Position numbers and translations under genes: made by a program. From assembly GCA_963718045.1 (NCBI GenBank), contig OY970350.1, positions 630,001 through 662,000 on the forward strand: 32,000 nt of DNA, read 5' to 3'. The notes under the pieces were generated by a model, which worked only from the letters and a program-made list of their open reading frames with translations, made no database searches and was not told the origin of the DNA. Every line of letters begins with the position of its first letter. The stretch's first letter is position 1. The DNA is from Candidatus Saccharimonadota bacterium (GTDB lineage: Bacteria; Patescibacteriota; Saccharimonadia; Saccharimonadales; UBA4665). Below, one piece after another: positions 22,922-31,384 of the stretch.

Positions 22922-24691
22922 TTAATTTTGTTCCCTTACAGCGAAGTAAAAGTCAGCACTTGAAGTTAAATGATTTACTTTATCGATAGCTGTAATAGTT
23001 ACCGTGTCGCTGTCAGGATTAGGGATATAGTCAGGTGCAGTGATTGTTTCACAGAACTCACTTACACTACTGTTATATTCTGGGGTAGTAACAGAACCTT
23101 CTTGAATAGTGGGTGGCAGAAATTCTACTCCGTCACTTACAGGGATCGAATAGGCTGATTCACAATCTACAAATGTAGCACCTTCATCTACCGTTTCTAC
23201 GTTAGCCGGTGCTGAAACGTATGGTGCATATTCAGGGATAGTGGTTGTAGTAGTTGATGTAGTTGTGGTGGTTTCGGGTACTGTGGTTGTAGTAGTCGTA
23301 ACCGGGTGTTTTTTCTTCTGTATTTCCCGGTCGGTGAAATAGAAGATATCACCATTAGGACCAACTACTTTAAACTGAGTAGGTTTTGTAACACTAGTCC
23401 ACTCTTGTCGGTTTTGATGTAGTGGGGTAAGTTCTGTGACGTCGGCAATACTGCCAACATTACATTCTCCAAGCGGTTGGACTAGTCTACCGTCTTTATC
23501 ATCATAAATCACTTCATGCTTAACGATTCTCTTACCGTCTTGGCAAACTTCCTTAAACCTGAAGGTGCCGGAAGGCGTATGAATAAATTCATTATCAGGA
23601 TTTTTAGTTTTCTTAACAACCGATACTTCGGCTTTTCTGGTAGGGATAGTGGTTGTGGTAGTTGTTGCAGGTCGTGTGGTTGTGGTAGTTGTTGCAGGTC
23701 GTGTGGTTGTAGTAGTCACTCTTTTAGGAATAGTGGTAGTAGTTGTAGGTTTAGGTCGTGTGGTTGTAGTAGGTGTTTGTTCTTCTATGACAATTATAGT
23801 ATCGCCACAATCAACATGGGCTTTAGCTTCAACTTGTAATTCACCAGTGACACTATCATATTCTTTAACTGCTTCATTTCCTTTACCTTCGCCGCTTTTT
23901 AGGTAACCTTCAACAGTAACTTCTTCACTGGCTTTAGCAGTGGCTGATGCTTCTCCACATATTTTGTGGAACTGGTCACGGCCAATAGCTAGGGCTGTAG
24001 CCTTAACACTAATGTCCATTTTGTCCTTAAAGCTTTTTTCTAGAATAACTGGGGTAGTAATGTAAGTAATATGTTCTGGTGGTTTACCAAATGGGATAAA
24101 GTAGTTACCGCAGTTATCTATAACTGTTCCATTTGGACCATGGTTACCGGCCTTTTCCCAACCAGTTGGGGAAGCGCTGTCTCGACAGACCAGTGTTGGG
24201 CGGTCATCCTTAAAAAACTTTACCTGGCCTAGCGTTGGGTGTTCTGGGCTGTGAATAGTATCACCGCTGTTCCATCCGCCAGGCGTCCAAAAACAATTAG
24301 TAGTAGTTATTTCTTTTTTCGGCACACCATTGGCATTTAAATAAGATAAGATGGTGATCTTGCCTTTTGCAACATCAGAAGCAGTCACGGTACTGTGACT
24401 CTCGCTAGTAGATTCATAAACTTTCTCGCTGCCAGGAAAATTAAGGGTCACACCTTTTGGAAGTTTTTCGGCAGACGTGATGGGCTTTGCACCTGCTGTG
24501 ACAGCTGTTACTTGTGTTGCGGCGCCTGCGCCGGTACTAGCCTCACCAAGTCCAATTCCAATTCCTGATGCGGCTAAAGTACAACCCACAAATAAACGGC
24601 GAGCTGTGATACTAGCTTCACGTACTGAATCAAAAATACTTCTTGAAGCTTCCTCTTGTGGCATAGCCTGTAACTGCTGAGACGATTCCAT
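22922..24691 (-). CDS. Secreted or lipid-anchored Cys-containing protein with mucin-like poly-Thr linkers
   Basis: I prefer ATG 24691, which has AGGAG 6 nt upstream; the track TTG is at 24697. The N-terminus has TARRLFVGCTLAASGIGIGLG. There are two Thr-rich blocks, TTTTRPKPTTTTTIPKRVTTTTTRPATTTTTTRPATTTTTTIPTRK and HPVTTTTTTVPETTTTTSTTTTTIPEY. I recognise no family. Confidence 0.55.
   Translation of the reverse strand: MESSQQLQAMPQEEASRSIFDSVREASITARRLFVGCTLAASGIGIGLGEASTGAGAATQVTAVTAGAKPITSAEKLPKGVTLNFPGSEKVYESTSESHSTVTASDVAKGKITILSYLNANGVPKKEITTTNCFWTPGGWNSGDTIHSPEHPTLGQVKFFKDDRPTLVCRDSASPTGWEKAGNHGPNGTVIDNCGNYFIPFGKPPEHITYITTPVILEKSFKDKMDISVKATALAIGRDQFHKICGEASATAKASEEVTVEGYLKSGEGKGNEAVKEYDSVTGELQVEAKAHVDCGDTIIVIEEQTPTTTTRPKPTTTTTIPKRVTTTTTRPATTTTTTRPATTTTTTIPTRKAEVSVVKKTKNPDNEFIHTPSGTFRFKEVCQDGKRIVKHEVIYDDKDGRLVQPLGECNVGSIADVTELTPLHQNRQEWTSVTKPTQFKVVGPNGDIFYFTDREIQKKKHPVTTTTTTVPETTTTTSTTTTTIPEYAPYVSAPANVETVDEGATFVDCESAYSIPVSDGVEFLPPTIQEGSVTTPEYNSSVSEFCETITAPDYIPNPDSDTVTITAIDKVNHLTSSADFYFAVREQN
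23651..23704. repeat. Perfect 2 x 27-bp in-frame tandem repeat inside the Thr-rich protein gene
   Basis: GGTTGTGGTAGTTGTTGCAGGTCGTGT occurs at 23651-23677 and again at 23678-23704. Each copy encodes TRPATTTTT on the minus strand. Degenerate copies flank it. Confidence 0.9.
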
Positions 24692-24783
24692 TAACAACTC
24701 CTGTTCTTAATTTGAATAATTAACAACTATTTACTTCTCCCACTTTCATGTCTTGACAGACATTCGAATGTGTTATGCAGTAA

Positions 24784-24812
24784 ACAATATCACAAGAACA
24801 GTACTTTGTCAA
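24784..24812 (-). promoter_or_regulatory. Sigma70-type promoter for the surface-protein operon
   Basis: The minus strand reads TTGACA (24807-24812), a 17-nt spacer ending in TGA, then TATTGT (24784-24789). It lies between the histidine kinase stop and the ATG at 24691. Confidence 0.5.
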
Positions 24813-24865
24813 CATTATTGTGTACTATGTTAAGTGTAAGAATTATTACTTTATTTGACGTGTTT

Positions 24866-27085
24866 TTACACAGGAGCTAGTTCTTTGTTCTCTTCTTTGA
24901 CAGGCATAATACCTGGTTTTGGTGTTAGTTTGGCTTTAGGGAAGACAAAACCAAAGGTACTGCCTTTGCCCTCAGTGCTTTCAAATATGATTGAACCGCC
25001 TTCAGCAATAACTACCTTTTTAGCCATGAACAGTCCAAGGCCTGTGCCGTCTGGTCTGGCTTTACGGGCATTACCAGCTCGATAGAACTTAGTAAATAAG
25101 TGATGCTGTTCTGCTTTAGGTACGCCTATACCGTTATCTTCTATTCTTAGTTCAATGATGTTTGGGTTATCTATTAGTCTGACATTAATTTTACCGCCAG
25201 CCGGTGTGTAGTAGATAGCGTTATCTACGAAGTTCATGATAACTTGTCTGGTCTTTGTTTCATCTAGCATTAATGTTGGGAAGGACTTTGGTTTATCGTA
25301 ATTTATGTTTAGAGATTTAGATGAAGCTGTTTCACCTAGCTGGCTTAATTCCTGGTCAATAATTTCAGCTAAGTCAACTGGGCTAGGTTCAATGATGAAT
25401 TTACCGGTTTTAAGTCTGGATACATTAAGAAGATCAGCTATTAAATAGACCATTCGCTGGGAAGAGAAGAAGGCTTGTCCTAACATTTCTCTTTGGGGTT
25501 TAGAGACTTTACCAACATCACCGTCAAGCACCATACTAAGATAGCCCTTAACACTAGTTAAGGGTGTTCTAAGCTGGTGAGAGGCCATAGATATGAAGTC
25601 GTCTTTGGTTTCATCGAGAGCCCGCAGTTTATCGTTAGCCTGACGCAACTTTTTGGTAGCATCATCGATGCGAGCCTGTAAGGTAAGATTAAAGTTTTCA
25701 ATTTCTTGAAAGCGCAGAGCGTTCTGAATTGCAATTACTAATTCGTTGGCGACAATCTCAACAAGCCCTAAGTCTTGAGAGTTGTATAAATTGCCACTCT
25801 TTTTGGGCCCAAGGATTAGGTATCCGATGGCTTCATCCCCCGTATGAGAGGACACCTTCGCAACGACTGATATATTGTAATGCTGCAGGTTCTTTTGAAC
25901 CTCAACATATTTTTCATCTAAGGTATCGACGAAAATGAGGCTCTGTTCGGTAGTGCTCAAAGCTTTCTTAATTAAATTGGTAGCCTCTTCAGTCAAGGTT
26001 AGGCGTTGATTCGTCATAATCGTCTGACCAGCCACATTCCCAGTTTTCAATATCGTAAATGCACAGTAACTAGATTTAATGGTGTCTGCTATTAATGTAG
26101 CGCTTCTTCTAAGAAGCAATCTCATATCATAGGTTGATATTAAAACTTTATTAAACTCATCGAGAAAAAACTGCGTATCATAAGCATCTCGATAAAATAT
26201 CCTGTTACTTAATCTATCAAAGAACTGCTTTATGGGCTGGAATGTAAAAGCCAGAAATACAGCCATCACAACGTAGAGTAATTCCTGACCAGTAGAGACT
26301 CGCCTTAAATTAACAAGATGTGAAAGTATACCAAAGAGTACTACGGAATAGATGGCCGCCAAGGCAGCTAAGGTAAGTACATAACCCATTGTCCGGGCTA
26401 CAATTAGTCTGATATCTAAAAATCCGTGCTTTATCATGGCGTAGGCTACAAATAGTGAGAAAACAAGTAAAGAGAAGCCACCAAAATCCACGTATTGCGT
26501 ATTAACCTTCAGAAGTGTAAGAACATCGCCAGTAAAGATATTTACTACTAATGCAATAGTAATCCCAATTAAAACGAACTTAATTTGTTTCTTTTGACGT
26601 AGGTCGGCCCTTTTATATTTCTTAATTAAGATGCCTATACCTAACAACATATAGAGAATTCCTACCACGTCAGAAAAGGTATAGAGAAAGCCTACATTTT
26701 GAGGCTCAGCACCATAACTTGCAATTTTTACAGACGATAATCCGATAGGCGTCAGCAATAAAACAGATACAATAATCATGGGTAAAGAATAGATAATTTG
26801 CCTTTTAATATTGACTTTTGTCTGATATGGAAACACGAGAACAAAGTAATAAAATAAAAGAAACATTAACTGGCCGAAAAACAAAGCAAGCCTTAATAAC
26901 CAGAGGGCAGAGGTCGTGTTATGAGTTATATCTGCTAAAAATAAGAAGAGTAGCCATAGAGCCACAAAGACATTTAGTATCGCGTAAACTTTATTCGTTA
27001 TATTGCGAGCGTTGAGGGCTACAAAAATGCTAATTGACACAATTCCAATAATTGCAGGAATATAAGATATGAAGTTTACTTCCAT
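24866..27085 (-). CDS. Sensor histidine kinase with a large polytopic N-terminal domain
   Basis: H box SHQLRTPLTSVKGY, N box FVDNAIYYTP, G1 EDNGIGVP and G2 GTGLGLFMAK. The N-terminal ~300 aa has at least 7 hydrophobic helices, followed by a GAF-like region and a coiled coil. The track start is TTG 27142. I prefer ATG 27085 because AAGGA lies 8 nt upstream and the protein then starts directly in TM1. Confidence 0.85.
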   Translation of the reverse strand: MEVNFISYIPAIIGIVSISIFVALNARNITNKVYAILNVFVALWLLFLFLADITHNTTSALWLLRLALFFGQLMFLLFYYFVLVFPYQTKVNIKRQIIYSLPMIIVSVLLLTPIGLSSVKIASYGAEPQNVGFLYTFSDVVGILYMLLGIGILIKKYKRADLRQKKQIKFVLIGITIALVVNIFTGDVLTLLKVNTQYVDFGGFSLLVFSLFVAYAMIKHGFLDIRLIVARTMGYVLTLAALAAIYSVVLFGILSHLVNLRRVSTGQELLYVVMAVFLAFTFQPIKQFFDRLSNRIFYRDAYDTQFFLDEFNKVLISTYDMRLLLRRSATLIADTIKSSYCAFTILKTGNVAGQTIMTNQRLTLTEEATNLIKKALSTTEQSLIFVDTLDEKYVEVQKNLQHYNISVVAKVSSHTGDEAIGYLILGPKKSGNLYNSQDLGLVEIVANELVIAIQNALRFQEIENFNLTLQARIDDATKKLRQANDKLRALDETKDDFISMASHQLRTPLTSVKGYLSMVLDGDVGKVSKPQREMLGQAFFSSQRMVYLIADLLNVSRLKTGKFIIEPSPVDLAEIIDQELSQLGETASSKSLNINYDKPKSFPTLMLDETKTRQVIMNFVDNAIYYTPAGGKINVRLIDNPNIIELRIEDNGIGVPKAEQHHLFTKFYRAGNARKARPDGTGLGLFMAKKVVIAEGGSIIFESTEGKGSTFGFVFPKAKLTPKPGIMPVKEENKELAPV

Positions 27086-27141
27086 TATGTTTATCCTTAG
27101 CCAAAGTATATCATAGGATAAGTAAGCGTTAACTGAGTTCA

Positions 27142-28047
27142 ATGATTGTTAAATATCCAAACTTTTCGAAGTTAGACATAAGTCACAAACAAGAAATAAA
27201 GGCCTTAGTAAGCCAGTTTCCACCCTACTCGGATTTTAATTTCATTAGCCTTTTTTGCTGGGATATAGATGGGACAACCGAGATATCTAATCTCAATGGC
27301 AACCTAGTTATTAAAATGGATGATTATGTAACTGGCAAACCTTTCTATTCAATTCTCGGTAAACAAGATATTGATAAATCCCTCACCACTTTGCTAAACC
27401 TCAGCCCGAGCTTAAAATTAGTACCAGCAGATGTTATAAACTCTATTCAATTTCCGTCTAATTTTGAAGTTGCCGAGGATCGTGATCAATTTGACTACAT
27501 ATACCCTGTTGAAGCTCAAGTGGATCTAGCTGGTGGTCATAACAAAATTAAACGCAATAAAATAAGTAAATTCGTACGCACTTATCATGAAGATCTGTCG
27601 CTCAAAAAAATACAGTTTAACGATCCGACTACTAAGCATGAGGTGGATCAGATCCTTTTGAGCTGGTCATCAGAACGTCACCGTAGTAATGATGAGGTAC
27701 GACGCGAAGCCGCTGCAATAGAAAAGCTCTTTAAGTACGCTGAGCATTTTATGCTGGTCGGTATTAAGGTTTTTTTGGCCAATACTTTTGTTGGTTTTTC
27801 TGTTAACGAGATCGTTCAAATGGACTGTGCTATTTGCCATTTCCAAAAGTCTATTTTAACTTTTGAGAATATCGATGTTTTCCTATCGAATCTGGCTGCA
27901 AAAGAGTTAAAACATTTCGGTTGTAAATATACCAACTGGGAACAAGACCTTGGTCTTCCTGGTTTGCGCAGACTCAAGGAATCCTACATAGACGAGGATA
28001 GTTTTTTCCTAAAGAAATATACTATTACGAATAAGTTAGCTGGCTAG
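27142..28047 (+). CDS. DUF2156 / MprF C-terminal-like (aminoacyl-phosphatidylglycerol synthase-like, GNAT-fold) protein
   Basis: Family-typical blocks are YSDFNFISLFCWD, EDRDQFDYIYPVEAQVDLAGGHNKIKRNKISKF and C-terminal WEQDLGLPGLRRLKESY. It has no TM domain. Confidence 0.6.
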   Translation: MIVKYPNFSKLDISHKQEIKALVSQFPPYSDFNFISLFCWDIDGTTEISNLNGNLVIKMDDYVTGKPFYSILGKQDIDKSLTTLLNLSPSLKLVPADVINSIQFPSNFEVAEDRDQFDYIYPVEAQVDLAGGHNKIKRNKISKFVRTYHEDLSLKKIQFNDPTTKHEVDQILLSWSSERHRSNDEVRREAAAIEKLFKYAEHFMLVGIKVFLANTFVGFSVNEIVQMDCAICHFQKSILTFENIDVFLSNLAAKELKHFGCKYTNWEQDLGLPGLRRLKESYIDEDSFFLKKYTITNKLAG

Positions 28048-29925
28048 ATGTAAAGCTTTATATTCTGTAACAGATATAGGTTCACCTATTGGCTGAATCC
28101 TGCCATGACTACCATGATTGATAGCAAATGTGACTAATTTTGGTATATATTCTGCACTAGTTTCAGTACACTCAAATGTAATAAGCCCTTTAGTACCTCT
28201 TCCGGCATAAAGTCTGGTTGCAAGATCTATGACGGGTAGCGAATATGCAGATCCTTTGGCATTCTCATCCGATACAATACCCGGGAAGATAACTATATTG
28301 TTTGTGTCATAATACTCAGGATAGTTGTCCTTGTAGTATTGTCTATTGAACCATGGGCAATGGTCAAAATCTTGAACAAAAAAGCAAAGAGTGTTTATGG
28401 AGCCGTTTGCACGATTAACTATCTTAGCTACTTGTGGATCTGCCAGAATACCTAATAAATCTTCTTTGGTAAAGCCTGCATACATCGGATGCCCCTCGGT
28501 TAACTTAGCGAATGGATTGTTGTAAATCTCCCATATCTTTTCTGCATCTTCTCCTTCTATGACGTCTATGAGAGCAACCCCATCATTTTCATCAACTGAT
28601 AATTCCCCGTTTTCAACAAGTTGCCGATATACTTCCCTTAGAGGTGGGCCTTCCTTAACTTCCGTAACACCATTGAACGTAATGGGTGCAACGAAGACCT
28701 CACCGGTTCTGCGTTTTTCACCATTACCAAGGTTTTCAAGTAAATAAAGGTCAGGGTGTTCAGTAGCTATACTCTCTAGAATGTCGACTGGCTGGCTAAT
28801 ATACTGATCCGTAAATACAATTGAGCCATTATCCAGCTTTTGCCTGATAGCATCTGCCACTAATGCTTGCGACTCTTCAGAACTCGGCATGGGTGGATGA
28901 GCATAATAGTAAACCTCTGTACCCTCACCGTAAGTTTCTGTTAGTAACCTCGTGTTATACCACTCCAATTCCTTAGCTGGAACAAGTAGGGGTGCATAGG
29001 TCTCTTCCCCTTTTCTTCTGGACTTATACCCCATCAGAACAGCTTCAGGATTCTTAAGTGCTTTTTCTAGATCCTCGCCATAAAGCCCGACCTTAACCGC
29101 CTCGTCTTCTTGGCTACGAAAGGCCTCGTAATTATCAAGCGATCTTTCGATTTGTTCCTGTGTAATAGAGTTACCCTGAACTATCTCACCAACTGTACTA
29201 TATCGGTCAGCTAACTCAATGCTTCGAGCAGAGGCAATCTTTTTAATCCAACTTGGCATTGCCATTAAGGCAGCAGTTATAAGAACTCCGGCCGAAACTT
29301 TTTCTGGAATATTATTAACAGCTTGAACCCCTATGGATGTAAGAGCTCCTTCAACAGCAAATACACCGGCCAGCCAAGTAGCCGTAAGGAGTCCTTGGCG
29401 TCTTGCCTCTATAGAGGTACGTTCAGGTTTTCTGCCTTGTTCTACCGTCATTAACGCCGGCGTACCGAAAGTCATCGCTATACCAGTATCGACAATTGGT
29501 TTAGTACTTCCTCCATCTTCTGGTAGAAAGTTATGTAATTTTTTATTAAGCCACCCCGAAAACTTTATGCCGTTTGGCCTGGTAATTAAGCTACTAGCCG
29601 CTATTGCTCCTGCGCCTTCGACTATTAGCGTGCTACCACCGAGAACGATGGCTCCGGCTAATGGGTTACTGTGAGTAATAACGTTTGCAGCCGCAAAGGC
29701 AGCATAACGGGAACCTTCGTTAGTAACGGGTAATAACTCAGCCGCTACAACTGCTTTTCTTATAGCGTCCTTGGATTTCTCTAATCGGCCAATCTTTTCT
29801 GGTACTAAATTTACTCCATAACTCGCCGTTGATGCTTCTGGGTTATCATGATCAACTTGATCTTCTACAACAGGAATATCTGGCAATTGGTTGGTAGTAG
29901 GGTCGAATCTTATATCTTCGGTCAT
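28036..29925 (-). CDS. Uncharacterised 629-aa protein: N-terminal Gly/Ala-rich membrane region plus a ~400-aa soluble C-terminal region
   Basis: Long ORF with an ATG start, 22 nt downstream of pdaD on the same strand. Hydrophobic segments include GAIVLGGSTLIVEGAGAIAASSLI, LLTATWLAGVFAVEGALTSIGV and VSAGVLITAALMAMPSWI. I recognise no catalytic motif. Coding is supported by length and context only. Confidence 0.5.
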   Translation of the reverse strand: MTEDIRFDPTTNQLPDIPVVEDQVDHDNPEASTASYGVNLVPEKIGRLEKSKDAIRKAVVAAELLPVTNEGSRYAAFAAANVITHSNPLAGAIVLGGSTLIVEGAGAIAASSLITRPNGIKFSGWLNKKLHNFLPEDGGSTKPIVDTGIAMTFGTPALMTVEQGRKPERTSIEARRQGLLTATWLAGVFAVEGALTSIGVQAVNNIPEKVSAGVLITAALMAMPSWIKKIASARSIELADRYSTVGEIVQGNSITQEQIERSLDNYEAFRSQEDEAVKVGLYGEDLEKALKNPEAVLMGYKSRRKGEETYAPLLVPAKELEWYNTRLLTETYGEGTEVYYYAHPPMPSSEESQALVADAIRQKLDNGSIVFTDQYISQPVDILESIATEHPDLYLLENLGNGEKRRTGEVFVAPITFNGVTEVKEGPPLREVYRQLVENGELSVDENDGVALIDVIEGEDAEKIWEIYNNPFAKLTEGHPMYAGFTKEDLLGILADPQVAKIVNRANGSINTLCFFVQDFDHCPWFNRQYYKDNYPEYYDTNNIVIFPGIVSDENAKGSAYSLPVIDLATRLYAGRGTKGLITFECTETSAEYIPKLVTFAINHGSHGRIQPIGEPISVTEYKALHLAS

Positions 29926-29947
29926 CTTTTTAATTATTTATGTAATA

Positions 29948-30427
29948 CTACCACCCACTAGCCCGGTAAGTTGCAACTACGAGTGCACACACGGGATGGT
30001 GTGTACAGGTTTTACCGACTACCTTCATTTTTATTTCACCAAAATCTACATTGCGTGTAGCCATTAGGGCTTCCAGGCTTTGGGTTATATCTCGTCTTAC
30101 AGCCTCTTCACTGTTACCATCATGCTCAACAAATAGACCCTTGCCAGTTTTCTTGTCTTGCACCCAACCAATTCCCGCCCAAGCTTCAACGTTTGGCCTA
30201 TCTACCCTTGATTCAGCCATGACTACATATAGTCTGTCACCCCACTTGCCTGATAGCCTGTCTAGTTTGCTGTCATCATCATGTATAACTATCTTCGTTT
30301 TAGGAGGTACTACAGAACTAAGTTTTATAATGTTAAAGTTGGCGACGCCGGCTGCATTCAGAGCTGCATCAAAAGCAGATAGTTTTGTAGGACCCGTGCC
30401 TAAACCGCTTGCTAAATGTATAATCAT
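29948..30427 (-). CDS. pdaD: Pyruvoyl-dependent arginine decarboxylase
   Basis: LSAFDAALNAAGVANFNIIKLSSVVPP matches the [27 protein letters not shown] self-processing region (Ser-Ser cleavage site) of archaeal PdaD as I recall it. The size of 159 aa fits. Confidence 0.85.
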   Translation of the reverse strand: MIIHLASGLGTGPTKLSAFDAALNAAGVANFNIIKLSSVVPPKTKIVIHDDDSKLDRLSGKWGDRLYVVMAESRVDRPNVEAWAGIGWVQDKKTGKGLFVEHDGNSEEAVRRDITQSLEALMATRNVDFGEIKMKVVGKTCTHHPVCALVVATYRASGW

Positions 30428-30451
30428 ATGACTTTTTGCCTTCTTTTAGTT

Positions 30452-30496
30452 AAAAGCACTCGCCCGTAAAGTCTCCCTTACAAAACGAGTGCTTTT
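30452..30496. promoter_or_regulatory. Long perfect inverted repeat (terminator-like hairpin) in the divergent pdaD / response-regulator intergenic region
   Basis: AAAAGCACTCG (30452-30462) pairs with CGAGTGCTTTT (30486-30496) in a perfect 11-bp stem, with an inner GTAA/TTAC pairing. T-runs follow in both orientations. Confidence 0.4.
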
Positions 30497-30547
30497 ATTC
30501 TTCTAATGTACTAAAATACAGTAGTAGAATAATATTAAACTAGTAAT

Positions 30548-30940
30548 ATGTCAAGCATAAAAGGAACCAAGAAGATAAAGGTAGCGGTTATAGAGGATAA
30601 CATCCCTATACAAGAACTCTATACATTTAAGCTGAAGCATGAGGGTTTTGAGGTTCGAGTTGCTGGAGATGGTGAAGTTGGCCTCACTATGGTCAAAAAA
30701 TTCATGCCCGATTTAATACTGCTTGATCTTCTGATGCCCATCAAAAGCGGCGAGGATATGCTGGAAGATCTTCGCAAGTTTGATTGGGCTAAAGAAATAA
30801 AGGTTATTATCCTAACCAACATATCTAAGGATGAAGCACCGTCTAAATTAAGATTACTTAACGTCGACAGATACATCGTTAAAGCACATTACACACCGCA
30901 GCAAGTTATAGATATTGTCAGAGAAGTGATGGCCAGTTGA
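30548..30940 (+). CDS. Single-domain (receiver-only) response regulator
   Basis: Receiver-domain signature: VIEDN, phospho-acceptor context DLILLDLLMP, ILTN, and VKAHYTP. There is no output domain (130 aa). Confidence 0.85.
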   Translation: MSSIKGTKKIKVAVIEDNIPIQELYTFKLKHEGFEVRVAGDGEVGLTMVKKFMPDLILLDLLMPIKSGEDMLEDLRKFDWAKEIKVIILTNISKDEAPSKLRLLNVDRYIVKAHYTPQQVIDIVREVMAS

Positions 30941-30976
30941 ATTGTAAATAAAGTAAAGTTGTCTTAGGATTAAATT

Positions 30977-31351
30977 ATGTCTAAAAATGTGAAGATAGCT
31001 ATTATTGAGGATGACCAGGCTATAAGCCAGATGTATAGGTTTAAGTTTGAGGCAGAAGGCTATCAGGTTGAAACAGCTGGAGATGGCAAGATTGGCCTTG
31101 AACTTGCCCAGTCTATGAAGCCGGATATTATACTGCTTGATCTTATGATGCCAGAGATGAATGGTGATCAGATGCTGGCTAAACTAAGAGCTACTCCCCG
31201 GGGCAAGCATATTAAGGTTATTATCCTAACCAATATGGGTGAGCAAGAGATTCCTGACTCTGTTAAAAAATTGGGTGTTAGCGGTGTTATCTTAAAAGCA
31301 GATATGACGCCAAGACAAGTTGCCGATACTGTAAAGAAGCATCTTGGGTAG
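30977..31351 (+). CDS. Single-domain (receiver-only) response regulator, tandem paralogue
   Basis: IIEDD, DIILLDLMMP, ILTN and LKADMTP. It is 124 aa and collinear with the upstream paralogue. Confidence 0.85.
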   Translation: MSKNVKIAIIEDDQAISQMYRFKFEAEGYQVETAGDGKIGLELAQSMKPDIILLDLMMPEMNGDQMLAKLRATPRGKHIKVIILTNMGEQEIPDSVKKLGVSGVILKADMTPRQVADTVKKHLG

Positions 31352-31384
31352 TAAAGATCTAATTAACTGGCATAATGAACTAAA

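Noticed and set aside
23651-23704. Tandem direct repeats considered as a CRISPR array or minisatellite
   Set aside because: There are only two perfect 27-bp units with no spacers. They are in frame within a long ORF and encode TRPATTTTT, so this is a coding tandem repeat, not a CRISPR array.
23516-23906. Two plus-strand ORFs (107 aa, Cys/Gly/Arg/Ser-rich; 85 aa, poly-Val/Gly)
   Set aside because: Their odd composition is simply the reverse complement of the ACN Thr-codon repeats of the minus-strand gene. They have no independent support.
24753-24758. Plus-strand TTGACA inside the palindrome, considered as a -35 for a plus-strand sRNA or antisense promoter
   Set aside because: No acceptable -10 lies at 16-18 nt (TATGCA at 15 nt is poor). 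There is no plus-strand gene downstream. It is more simply part of the palindrome.
27086-27142. TTG start of the histidine kinase at 27142, which shares one base with the divergent ATG at 27142
   Set aside because: It would leave no intergenic space for either promoter and has no SD. ATG 27085 has AAGGA 8 nt upstream and begins directly at TM1. The longer form cannot be excluded without data.
29333-30431. Plus-strand ORFs of 113 aa (29333-29674) and 126 aa (30051-30431)
   Set aside because: They are antisense to the 629-aa gene and to pdaD respectively, and pdaD has a clear family signature. Their Ser/Leu/Pro-rich composition is typical of shadow frames.
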